A stretch of DNA of 64,000 bases from Macrostomum lignano. Lineage: Eukaryota. The position numbers and the translations under genes were made by a program. Shown here piece after piece: positions 11,381-23,592 of the stretch. The notes below the pieces were generated by a model. That model made no database searches, had not been told where the DNA came from, and saw only the letters and a list, made by a program, of their open reading frames with translations. Every line of letters starts with the position of its first letter. Position 1 is the stretch's first letter. The stretch spans positions 496,001 to 560,000 of the forward strand of contig NIVC01000200.1 in NCBI GenBank assembly GCA_002269645.1. Reading direction: 5' to 3'.

Positions 11381-12565
11381 GCTATAGACAAAAAAAACCA
11401 GAAAAAGAGTAAAAAATATCGCTAAAAACTTTAATTACATAGCATTATTTCTGAAGGTATATATTAATTTTGATTAAAATTGAAATATTCATACTATTTT
11501 AAAAAGAACTTTCTTACATAAACCTTTTCTAGGAAACTCAACTTATAAAAACCAAATTACCTTTTTAGAAGCATTTTTTGGTATAAATTTTAGGCATATT
11601 TTCCATTTTTGGCATACATTTTGCTAAGATAGAATTATTGTTCTGGCATAAACTACTACATAATCTAGACCCTAGATCCACATTTATATGCTTTGCCAAA
11701 AAACCTCTATATCAATAACTTACTATAGCTATATCCAATGTTAGGCACAATTCCGATATTTTGATACTCTGATACTATTGGTGATACCTTTTAGGTACCA
11801 GAGTATTGGAAGCCAATACTTTTTAATACTATCAGAGTTTGGTAACTTCCAATACAATTTTCAAATTTTCCAGATAGTCTAATAGTCCGATACTTTTAGC
11901 TACTGATTGCTATTTGTTTCTACAATTTCTATAAGATAGTGAATATACACGAGTACTACACTATAGTCATATAGGAAATTTAGTGAATGATGCATACATG
12001 TTAATAGTTGGCAATAAATAAATAAATGCACTATTTTGGGCACATATACATATATTGGATAAGGCAAAGTTGAGTAAAGGAAAGAGAAACAACACAATTT
12101 ACTAAGGATTACATGTATAAAGAGCAGAGAGGCAAGGTGTTACTAAATCAGAGGTAAGGCTTTAAATCTTGTACCTTGGCTTAGAGCATTCAGTCTAGTT
12201 GGCTAGCTGGCTATATGTACATATAAGTGCACCTAACCCAAAAAACAAGGCTGAGATTAAGTGTGCAGATATATCAATTGCAGACTGGTAGGCAGCCATA
12301 CTATACTAAAACAATAATAGTACTAATAGGTATAAAGAAGACTGAATACAGATGCTAGTAAATAATTAATGATTGACTATAGTGGTAACTATTGGTTTTC
12401 ATTCATTTATTTTATTTTATTTTTACTGCAAAAGGCTTTATCATTTAAAGCAATTCTAAGCTTGCTTTATTTGCTTGAAAAACCAAGGAGGTCTAAGAAG
12501 CTTAAATTACATGCATTTTCTATTTGTTAAACATTTCTTTTTGCAAAAACCAGGTATTGGAATAG

Positions 12566-12847
12566 ATGGCTAGAGTTCCGGCACCGGAACCCATTTTCTA
12601 ACAGCTAGGGATCCGGCAGTGCTGTATAGAAGCATATAAAGACTGCTAAGAACATATCTTAAGAAGTCTGAATATTAGAAGCATCTCATCCCAAATCTTA
12701 TCATATTGTCTTAAATTTTAATCTAGAACAAAATCTCAATATCAGCCACCTGAAGAAAGAAAAATATAATGTTCCATCTATATTATAATGGCACTGCTGG
12801 ATCCATAGCCATTAGAAAATGGGTTCCGGTGCCGGAACTCTAGCCAT
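12566..12847. mobile_element. MITE with ~55-bp terminal inverted repeats
   Basis: ATGGCTAGAGTTCCGGCACCGGAACCCATTTTCTA at 12566 and its exact reverse complement ending at 12847. The IR extends imperfectly to GGATCC..GCAGTGC. TSD unclear. Confidence 0.85.
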
Positions 12848-12863
12848 TGCCCTATAAATTTTT

Positions 12864-13302
12864 GGCAGTTGTTATTTGTCCAGTGACTGGACGAATAGCC
12901 TTTTTGCTATTTGTCCGGTTAAATTGCTAATCTTATTTGTTTTGTGATGAATATTCTAGACTTTTAAGACCTTTTCTCGTATACTAATTAATATTTTCTT
13001 GTATTACTTGAGTGTAAGCAAAGCAGTGTATTCAATTTGGCATAATTTGATGTATAAGACACACACTAGTATAACAATATAATAATCAAGACACGAGTAA
13101 GAAGTCTTTGAAGTCTAGGAATATTTACCCTTGTGGTTTTTATAAACTAGATATTTTAGCATTATCAATTTAACTGGACAAATAACAAAATGTCTAGTTG
13201 TCCGGTATTAACCGGATGAATAAGAAAGCATGGTCAGGATCCAGTAACAGGACAAATAACCACATCGCTATTTGTCCGGCCACTGGACAAATAACAACTG
13301 CC
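12864..13302. mobile_element. Mutator-like MITE
   Basis: 22-bp perfect TIR GGCAGTTGTTATTTGTCCAGTG / CACTGGACAAATAACAACTGCC with subterminal TTTGTCC/GGACAAATA motifs. Flanks TAAATTTTT / TAAATTTTG give an 8-of-9 TSD. Confidence 0.8.
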
Positions 13303-14119
13303 TAAATTTTGAACCAAAATACCTGATTAACCTGTTCCTGATTCCCTTTTGTAGGGTTGGGATCCCAATCCCGCGGGAATCCAATTTTCCTTGGGATCCC
13401 AAGGTTTCAGGATTGGGATCAGGATTCAGTCCAACCTCTAATGGCAATAATGTCAAATAGGCCTAAATCTGCATAAGTATAGGCCCTACAATAGGCTCAG
13501 AGTCTAGGGCCTACCTACCTACTTTATCTGTTGACAGATAGGAAAGTCAATGCACAATGCTATCCCCCATGTCCCTTCTAATAATAACATAGGTTAAAAA
13601 GGATTATATAGTCATATAGCCCCCCTAGGAAAAGCACTAGACACTAGACAAGTTCATCCATCAACAATTACTGAATTAGACAATAGGCCCTAGTAAGGCC
13701 CTAGAAAAGCAATATAGAAATTACTATAAATGACTAACTAAAATGATATGATACTATAGCATCAGGCATATGTATGCAAAAGCAACAAATTATCATGATC
13801 AGGCCTAATTGTGGAGCTTATTCGTTAAGCCTGGATCCATCATCCATGTTTAGTACTTGAACTAGTTTCTAAATTTCGCGTTTAAACTTGCGCAAAAATA
13901 ATAAACAGCCAATCGTTAATGACTAAATTAGTCAATCGTTATTACTGTCGCTAGGGTTTCCTAATAAAAAAAGTAACCTTATTGTTTTGAGATTAAAAAA
14001 AGCTTAACTGAAAAGTAGGCAAAAACTCAGTGTAGATGTATTTGTTAAAAATAACTGCAAAAAATTCTTATAGGTCCGAAAAGTAAATCCTTGCATTGGA
14101 TCCTTCTTACAAAGGACAG

Positions 14120-14208
14120 AGTCACAGAGACAGACAGACACACAAGATAGACAAACAGACAGACACAGACACAGACAGACACACACACACAGACATACAG
14201 ACAGACAC

Positions 14209-14261
<53 letters not shown>

Positions 14262-14330
14262 GACAGACGGACAGACAGACGGACAGACAGACGGACAGAC
14301 AGACAGACAGATCAACAGACAGACATATGT
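14120..14330. repeat. (GACA)n microsatellite
   Basis: Direct reading. Confidence 0.93.
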
Positions 14331-14844
14331 AGAGAGACAATTTATTTTTAGTAACATTGTATGTAACTGCCAAGTCGAAATCCCTAAACTTCGAATTAAA
14401 TATTTTAAAAAATTTAGCCACGAAAATGTATGCTGAATGCTGTTTGAAAAATTATTTACAGAATACCCTACTTTCATTTTTTCTGCTATTTTTTCATACA
14501 TTTCTTTTGCTCGAAGGCAGAGAATCGCCTAGGATTGCAAGAAATTTGCATTTTAAAAAGTTACGTTTTCCCTAACTTCGTGGCAGCTCTGCGCAAAATG
14601 GACTATAAATTTCAGAACTATCCACTAGCTCGGTTCCATTTCACAACTTCGTAACTCATAACCGTTTGCAGCTGATCTACGGCCGTATATCTTCGAGATT
14701 TTCAGGTTTCTATTTGTCTGTTTCAAGCCTAAATTAGCAAATTAAGTGTATATGAGGATAGCTCTGTTTCTGCTTGTCGTCGCGCTGTCTGAGCAGTGGC
14801 TACTAGCGCTGATGACTTGATTAAGCGCAGGTTCCCGAAAGACC

Positions 14845-15085
14845 CGATATAATAACAAGCAAACGCTCGAAAGCCGAAGGCAAACCCCCAAAAGCCGTAA
14901 GCAAACCCCCGGAAAGCCGTAAGCAAACCACCGAAAGCCGAAAGCAAACCCCCGAAAGCCGAAGGCAAACCACCGAAAGCCGAAGGCAAACCACCGAAAT
15001 CCGAAAGCAAATCACCGAAAGCCGAAAGCAAACCCCCGAAAGCCGCGAAAGCAAACCCCCGAAAGCCGAAGGCAAACCACCGAAA
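14845..15085. repeat. 21-bp minisatellite CCGAAAGCCGAAGGCAAACC(A/C)
   Basis: About 11 imperfect copies. Confidence 0.9.
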
Positions 15086-15431
15086 AATGGAAGCAAACTT
15101 CCGAATGCGAAAAAGGTACGGGTAAAATTTCTTGGAGAAAACATTTTGCGTGCTATAGTTTGTGGTACTTTCAAGTACACGGTATTTGCTGCACCATCTT
15201 TTTTGAGCGTACATGTAAACACGTCTCTGCAAATATTGCAACACTCTTCTACTTTAGTCCAGTATGGCTTAGTCGTCTATGTGCATATTGTCTAGTTGAT
15301 TTCACATCGAAACGGACGAATAGTCAAACTGTGCGACTCTGCGAAAAGACTTTTTACCAATGGGCTACTGATCGAATAGGCATTTGGTAAAGTTGCAATT
15401 AAATGTGCAAATTAAACAATGTGCATTACAG

Positions 15432-15725
15432 TTCAAAAGCGACTCGGCTGCTTCATCGACTCTTAGGAACCGAGATCTGCCAATTGAACACAGAAGCAAG
15501 TCCAACACGCCGCGTTCCTGCGCGTGAATCTGTGCGCATCGAAAGGATTCATGTACGCCGGACTGCAAGCTTACCAGTGGTGCTATTGTGGAAATTCATT
15601 GGGTAAGCACGGCATAGCCAAGGACTCCGATTGCAATCTTAGCTGCAGTGGGGACCGACTCCATGCAGAACTATGGCGGGCACTGGAGAAATGCCATCTA
15701 TATATACTACAGGAGTTCCTGCACC
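15432..15725 (+). pseudogene. Frameshifted WSC-domain exon (pseudogene fragment)
   Basis: After acceptor ttacag| the three frames join as KRLGCFIDS / RNRDLPIEHRSKSNTPRSC / VNLCASKGFMYAGLQAYQWCYCGNSLGKHGIAKDSDCNLSCSGD / SMQNYGGHWRNAIY, a full WSC pattern. It needs +1, +2 and +4 insertions removed, and the last Cys is Tyr. Confidence 0.8.
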
Positions 15726-15919
15726 TAAGTAGACCGTAAACTCTAAGTGTACTTGAATAGACTTTGAATAACGGCTACTGTATAACAAAATAAAACGGAA
15801 CGATCTTTGCTGTCGTTTAGCAGCAAAAACAATACGAACTTAAGCAAACAGCTGCTATAAAAACCAAAGAACTGTAGACGGATTTTCTTTGCCCGTATTG
15901 ATCTATGACGAAATTCATT

Positions 15920-18663
15920 CCCGGGTAGCAAAGTGACGTTGCGCGACGTCAAAATGACGTTGAAAATAGGTCAAAGTGTAACGTCGAAATGACGTCAATT
16001 CTGTCGATGTTTTTTACGTAATTTTGACCTAGATCTGTGACGTTGTTTTGACGTCAAAATGTACCGAAATTTTATCGTCTTTATTTAACAGATTTAATGG
16101 CTTTTAAATGCACGAAATGACTGGTATGATGTCTTTTAAGAAAACAAATATTGCTGCCTTTATGATTGATGGTTATCTTTGCATTCTGAAGTCAACTTTC
16201 TTTGAATGTGTGTAGGCAGTACATGTACCCATCTTATTTCTAGAAGCTAATAGCAGTGGCGTAGCTAGGAATTTCCTTCCGGGGGTCACAGTCACAGCGG
16301 CAACCGGGGGCGGGGTGCTAGGCCTCTGCGACGGGGGAGGGGGGCTGCTGCCTGTATTTGACCTGGATCAGCCGGCTGGGGGGGGGTTCATGACCCCAAT
16401 GACCCCCTTGGCTACGCCCCTGGCTAATAGTTACATTTTTACCAGAAAATATTAAACAAGAATACATGCGGACAAAGCCTTATATTCTTCTCTTGTATAC
16501 ATACATATTGTAGACATTGGATTTAGAAGTTATCGTTACTTTTCTTCGTAAATTGTTATTTTAACACAAATTAAGTTGATGCTTGCATATGAAAATTTAT
16601 GAAAAGGATGGTAATAAATTAAATTTTAAAAGTTGAAAACTTTACAATAGCGACAAAAACGACTGTACTGACAAAACAGAATAGAATGTTGAAAACAGTG
16701 TCATTGAAACAAATATAAGGATGAAAGCAGCAAACAACAGAACTGTAGAATAAATAAATAGAGAGTAGTTGCATATTGCTGCATACTGCCCAGTCTTTCA
16801 CTCAGAAGATCTACATCAAATTATTGATAGTCCTCAGTCTCTGAATTGGAGGAGACTGAATCAAATGGTGAATTGTTATCCTCTTCCTCAACTCCTTCCT
16901 CAAATTGACTAGCTGACATCCCTTCATGACAACCTGTTCCAATAAGCAGGGATAATGTCATCATAGGAATGAATTTTCTCCTCCTCATCTAGGAGTTGGA
17001 ATTAGTATCATTGATGGCATATAGTAGCAATCTCTCCTGTCCTCTTCACCAAGGTGGCCATCTGAAATAGGCAGAAAAAAGTATATTTGGTTATAAAAAG
17101 ATTTTGACTTATGCATTTGTACAGTTATATTTTATACATGCATCCATAAATTGCAATATATAAAACTATATTATACAGAAGTCTTTAGCCTTACTCTTAG
17201 TCTTAGGATTTCTATACATAATCCTATAAATCTTTTTACTTTTGTTCATACTTTCTATTCAGCTAAAAAATCTGCTTAACCACAAATTAAATAATAGTGC
17301 CCTAGCAATGCTACAATAATGTCTAAATATGATTAACAAGCTATAGGCTACTTGATGGGGCAAAACATTAATAAATATATGTTTTAATATAGAATATAGC
17401 TAAGCATAATTTTGTTAAGGAAATTGTAGCTCTAAGAGTGCTAAAATGAGAAATTAGGGCCTACTAAAGATTTTAATAAGCTAGGGCCTAACTAGGAAAC
17501 TAAAGTATGTTTTAAATGCTAGGCCTAACAATCATGAACTTAGCATATAATAGATATAATGTCATTAAATGGCTGATTAGTAAAACTAAGAAACAAAAAT
17601 ATTAATTTCAAATCAAGTATGCCAAGCTTTTTTGTATAATAGAAATGCTAGAACAACTGCACCTTCCAAATAAAAATTTGAAATTGGATCTTAGATAGGC
17701 CCTATGATATCTAAGGTCCAATGATTATAATATATGATTAGGCTGAGAGTAAGATTGATTCGAAAATCAAGCAGTTCTTTGCAAACTGTATGTATGTAGG
17801 AATTTGATTTCCAGACAATTATTATTTTGATAAATGATAGGAATTATGCTTAACTCTAATAGTTGTATTCAATGCAATACTTGTGGTAGGCCAGGCTATT
17901 ATTACTGTATTTTTCCAATACAAACAGCAGTACTGATAGTAAATGGGGAGAGAGAAAGTAGTAGAATTAAAATGAGCATCTATCTTATTAGCCAGCCAAT
18001 TTAGCAAAGTTTGTATTAGTAGCTAAATCAGCCATGATTTGGATTGGTATTGCTTTAAGTCATTCTATACCAAAAACATCTATTGGTATGTTTTATGGCA
18101 GCTGAAAATATTTCGAATAATATTCAACCAGGAGAAAGATGACGTTTGATATCATCGTGAAGGTGAAGATTCATATAGCTGGTAACACTAGGCTAACTAA
18201 ATAAAAAAGAAACGCCATTTTTTATCTATACATAAAGCTCGATTTATCATGCAGCAAAATATTCAAATATACGATTTTAAAACACGTATTAACAAAATAA
18301 AACTGTAAAAAAACGAGCCTTACTTTTTCCCTTACTTTTCTCACTTTTATAAAAAATCATTCAATCTACGTTATTATATAGTAATGCAGCATAGAAACGT
18401 CAACTTTTGGGTTCCATAATGACTAAAGTTTGACGTTGATTTTTCAACCTACTTTCAACGAATATTTTACGTTACTTCTTTGCTATTTTACAGGTATAAT
18501 TGAGCTAGCAAAATGATGACTATAAATGCATATTGACTCTGGCATCTAATTATGCAAAATAAAATAACAATATCAACGAAGACGGGCTGGGGTGAATAGA
18601 TTTGCGAAGGTAATTTTTGCGACGTCAACGCAACCGCAAATTGACGTCAAAATGCTACCCGGG
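15920..18663. mobile_element. 2.7-kb non-autonomous DNA transposon with CCC termini (CMC/EnSpm-like; superfamily tentative)
   Basis: TIR CCCGGGTAGCA...TGCTACCCGGG, 3-bp ATT duplication on both sides, and dense subterminal GACGTC/ACGTTG motifs at both ends (15930-16080, 18390-18650). Confidence 0.78.
16254..16422. mobile_element. hAT MITE nested in the 2.7-kb element
   Basis: TIR CAGTGGCGTAGC / GCTACGCCCCTG with perfect 8-bp TSD GCTAATAG (16246-16253, 16423-16430). Confidence 0.9.
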
Positions 18664-19001
18664 ATTGAAGTTAGTGCCAAAAAATCCTTGCAAAAAATTC
18701 AACTGTTTAGAAGAAAACACTACTGCAATGTAGCATAGCTGCTTGTAGACAAATTTAGGAAACAAACTCGGAAAAAATATCATACACTAATGCTAAAACA
18801 TATTTCAGCGAGAGATTAGTCGGTCTTCGCGAGTGCACGATTTTCACGAAATTGTGCCTAAAAAGTTTTTTGTGGAATTTTGACCCAAAACCTAAAAACC
18901 ATCATGTACATGTACTCGTAAGCTCGAAGAATAAAGGAAGCTCAACCTATTGCATATGACTGTTGGACATGACATTCACCGGCTTAAAGAGGGGGGGGGG
19001 G

Positions 19002-19878
19002 TAGGGGCGCCGACCAAGAGTCAGGGCCGCGCCGACCAGGACACAGGGATTGCCGACCAGGAGACAGAGGTTGCCGACCAGGAGACAGGGATTGCCGACC
19101 AGGAGACAGAGGTTGCCGACCAGGACACAGGGGTTGCCGACCAGGACACAGGGGTTGCCGACCAGGAGACAGGGGTTGCCGACCAGGACACAGGGGTTAC
19201 CGACAAAGAGTCAGGGCCGCGCCGACCAGGGACAGGATTGTGCCGACCAGGGACAGGATTGTGCCGACCAGGGACAGGATTGTGCCGACCAGGGACAGGA
19301 TTGTGCCGACCAGGGACAGGATTGTGCCGACCAGGGACAGGATTGTGCCGACCAGGGACAGGACCGCGCCGACCAAGTGTCAGGGCCGCGCCGACCAAAT
19401 GTCAGGGCCGCGCCGACCAAGTGTCAGGGCCGCGCCGACCAAGTGTCAGGGCCGCGCCGACCAGGGACAGGGCCGCGCCGACCAGGGACAGGGCCGCGCC
19501 GACCAAGAGTCAGGGCCGCGCCGACCAGGGACAGGGCCGCGCCGACCAGGGACAGGGCCGCGCCGACCAGGGACAGGGCCGCGCCGACCAGGGACAGGGC
19601 CGCGCCGACCAGGGACTGGGCCGCGCCGACCAAGAGTCAGGGCCGCGCCGACCAGGGACAGGGCCGCGCCGACCAAGAGTCAGGGCCGCGCCGACCAGGG
19701 ACAGGGCCGCGCCGACCAAGAGTCAGGGCCGCGCCGACCAGGGACAGGGCCGCGCCGACCAAGAGTCAGGGCCGCGCCGACCAGGGACAGGGCCGCGCCG
19801 ACCAAGAGTCAGGGCCGCGCCGACCAGGGACAGGGCCGGGCCGACCAAGAGACAGGGACGCCGACCAAGAGACAGGGA
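19002..19878. repeat. Compound 21/22-bp GC-rich minisatellite (GCCGACC core)
   Basis: Blocks of variant units GCCGACCAGGAGACAGGG(A/G)TT, GCCGACCAGGGACAGGATTGT, GCCGACCAGGGACAGGGCCGC and GCCGACCAAGAGTCAGGGCCGC. Confidence 0.95.
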
Positions 19879-22800
19879 GCTACTTGAGCTCGCTTCCAAC
19901 AAGTAACCAATTCAATGAACACGGAATCCAGACAGAACGGTTAGTTCATTTGGTAGACTGTTAACTATACTGACGAGCCAATGAGGCTTGCGCTGTAGAT
20001 GCAAAAATGAGGCAAATAGTATTTAGAGCCAGTGTTAAGGACAGACGAGTATTGCTATGAAACAGGCCAGCGATGTTGCTGTAGGGCAGAAGCAGAGTCT
20101 TGTTCGAGATTCGCTTTCATCACCGGCGCCGTACGTTTGTCAACTAAATCAGTATCAGCTCGATAACAACACCAGCTAAGCCGAAGGTAACCTCAACGAA
20201 GCCCTCATTGCAGTATCGCGGTCTTAATTGCGACTTGTATCAGCCAGATAGGCAAACATTGCGACGAACAGGGCTCCGAAGCCGCACTACACCAAGAGCT
20301 CAGCAGAAAGTACTGCTTCAAGTCTAACAGCAGTATCAGTACTAAGCCGACGGAGTCAAATGCCCAGCCCGTTACACGGCAGGAGAGGCGCTGGCCAACG
20401 CCCCCATGCATGTTTAGTCAGATGTGGAAGCGATCGTAGTGGCAAAATGAGAGTAGCGCCTCGATTCCGGAGGTTGTCAAGCGGTACCGTACAGCGTCCA
20501 CTACCACTAGCTGACTGGCCTTGTCTTGAATGAGATTTGTCAACTGGGTGCTCGCGCTGGAGTTGGCCAAGGAGTGACTGTCGCAGACGCGAGTGACTGC
20601 ATGGATTCGTTGTAACCGACACCTGGCTGAAGCATGACATCAGAGTGGCTTTAGTTCGACAAAATCCATTTTCACGCCGGTTGAATCACTTCCTCACTGG
20701 GATGATTCAACGTCGAGTCGTCCTTATCCACAGATCGACAGGGGACGCCGCGTGGTGGAGGCATCGACGCGCATGCATTTGCGATGATGCAGATGAGATA
20801 GCAGAGATTTCAACCGAGCGCTTCAGGATTAGGGGAATTCTGTAGAAATTCTTCCGTAGTCTTGACAGTGCACGGTTTTTTAGCTCAAACAGATTGCCAA
20901 GAACGATGTAATTCTTTCTAGGCATTTTCAAGTGCAATAATTTGATATTTCTTAGTCAGTAGGATCTTATAATGCTAGTAGTACAAGCAAGCACTCTTAT
21001 TGCTAAAACTCCACCATGCCAGAAAATACTTTTACATGTACTTCCGAGAGTAATAAATTAAAATAACTTAATTAGTTGACCCCTTGTCTGCCCCACGTAC
21101 CCTGCAGTACGTTTCGCTAGTAGAGAATCTGCCGTGAGTTATTCCCCGCTGCAATAGACTAGCTATACACTCGCCACGCGGCAGATTTTGTCTGCATTGC
21201 CTCCCCAATGCTTAGTACATATGTAAGCCTTAATAAAGAGATTTAACCGATCGAAAATTTTTGATTGTAACTGCATATCAAATGCATATTTTGAGGGGGG
21301 GGGGTCTCGAGAATTGCTTCTGGATAGCTAGCATATGCATGCTTCTTGAGTTGATTAACCTCATCTAGAAGTCTACTACCATGTTCTGCTCCTGCAGCTT
21401 GCACGCAGTCGGCTTTTTTTTTATTCTTACGAGTATGAACAGTTTTACCTGGTTGCTGAGCTGGCTGAGTTCGTACGACTATATAAGCATACAAGTCTAT
21501 AGTTTAGAGGTCTTGGGCAAGGGAGGCCGCGGCCCCTTTATCCTGGCGCCCCTTGGTCCTGCTAAAGCCCCCGTTGCTGGTGCCTCTCTACTCTCAAATG
21601 AATTGGTGCCAACTCAAATCAAAGGGTAATGGGTCATGAAAAGTATTGCACTTCTCTCGCCCTCACCCAGTCCTTGAATCTATCCCTCGGTTTTCCTCCC
21701 TCGCACACGTACGTCCTTTAACTTTCATTAACCTTTGACGTTAAAATTAATATAAGCATAAAAATCAATGATTAAAACAGATTATTTTTTCAAAAGCATA
21801 GTAATTCAATTACAAAACGATCAAAGTCATTCAATGACTTTCATTATTAATTTTGCGTCTGATTTTCGCATTCATTATTCTGACTGCGGGGTGGGCGGGT
21901 GAATCTGGAGAAAGTTAACAATAGATTGGATAGACACGCTCGTACTAGAAAAAGAGAAAATGTCTATCTACCATTTTTATACACAGCTATAAAAAAACAA
22001 GGAGTATTAGAAATTAAAATTGTTTGAGAAAGCTCAAATAATTAAAACAAAAATTTCAGCTTCGCTTTTTGTTGCAAGCATATAGTACACAAGATGCATA
22101 ATATTGCCATATCGTAAATCTAATCAGAATTTCGATCTGATACGCATTCACAAAAAACTATTTAAACTCTCTCCAGGAGAGAAAATTCGTTTAGGATAAT
22201 TCTAAAGCTCTCTAAAACCAATTGAAACTGCTGGAGAACTATCTCTGAAAAAATATCTATTTTGATGGCATTTACATTATCGTACATATAATTTAATCTG
22301 ATCACGGACGGAAATTGAATGGAATGTAAAAATATAATTTTTGTATATATTAGCAACATTTTACCAATACGAATTAAAACAATAATATTTAAACATCAGT
22401 GGGAAGAATTTAAATAAACAGTATAATTCTTTGCATCACAGACAGAAAACAAAATTAAAAGAAAAGTGTTATTCCAAGCGCTTGAAAATGGACAGCACAT
22501 CGAGTGTAGCGTCAAGCGTTTATACATTCAGACTTAAAATTTTATCGATTGCAGACAAAAATTGGACGGATTTGAAATTTGTTTAAATTGTAATATCAGA
22601 TCAAATATAATATTACGCAATAGTACGTTTAAAAGCTATTAAATATTATTCAGAATATTTAAACAATGATATTATTAATTGCATCACATGCACAAACATT
22701 AAATTAGAAAAAAAGAAGAAAAAACTATATAAGCACTTGAAAATGGACGGAGCGTTGAGTATAGACCACTTCGACTGTTTTATCACATTTTAATTAATAG

Positions 22801-23592
22801 AGTAAATGTACAATACTAGCCTACTCATATGAGTAGAAAACTGAGGAGAAGGTGTTAAATCTGAGGCACTCCGAGGTAAAAGATAAAAGTTTAAAAACAA
22901 AATAGATAAGGCAACACAGCGATGTTAAATCGAGTAAAAATTGTTCTACTAAACAATGCTAATAGCTATAGCTACTACATACTACTTGTATATACTACTG
23001 TTCTTCTACAACAAAAGGAGGAGTACAGCATTAAGTGTTTTACTGATAAAAGAAACCAGAAAACAACAGAGAAAGAACATCAAGTTTCAGTCATCAAAAG
23101 GCACCAACACAAGCTATATGGGCTTAGAAAATCTGCAAAACAGACGATTCATAGGAAAACAGAAAATCCAAGAAAGCAAGGCGTAAGAGGAAGACGCAAA
23201 AATTAAAACAAAATACAACGAAAAAATCAATTAAGGGCGGAGGAAGTTTTACTAATTATACACATTTCACTGACAAGGCTATAACGACTTTTTTTTAGTA
23301 AAGTTTAATGTAAATTACATGCAAAATTTTGGTTTACACTTTTTGCTAAGTATTATAGCTTGCCAAAACTGCAATCTAATTCTATTCTACTTAGTTCTAT
23401 AAATAGCAACCTGCACTTTGGGCCATAGACATCGAATGTTGAAAACTGCGATTAAATTCGTCTCTGGCAGAATCATCACCCCGGAGCGTGCAAATTGTTA
23501 ATGTCTATGGTAAAAAACACTTGTTAGCGAGCAAGAATTCTATTTAGTTCAAAAAATTGCTTGCAAGTCCAAAATAAATCCCAATAATCCCA

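Noticed and set aside
18950-19964. Several overlapping 200-320-aa Arg/Pro-rich ORFs
   Set aside because: All frames are open simply because the GC-rich minisatellite lacks stop codons. No non-repetitive coding context.
20000-20900. GC-richer segment with several short ORFs
   Set aside because: There are stops in all frames tried and no recognisable domain or splice-consistent model.
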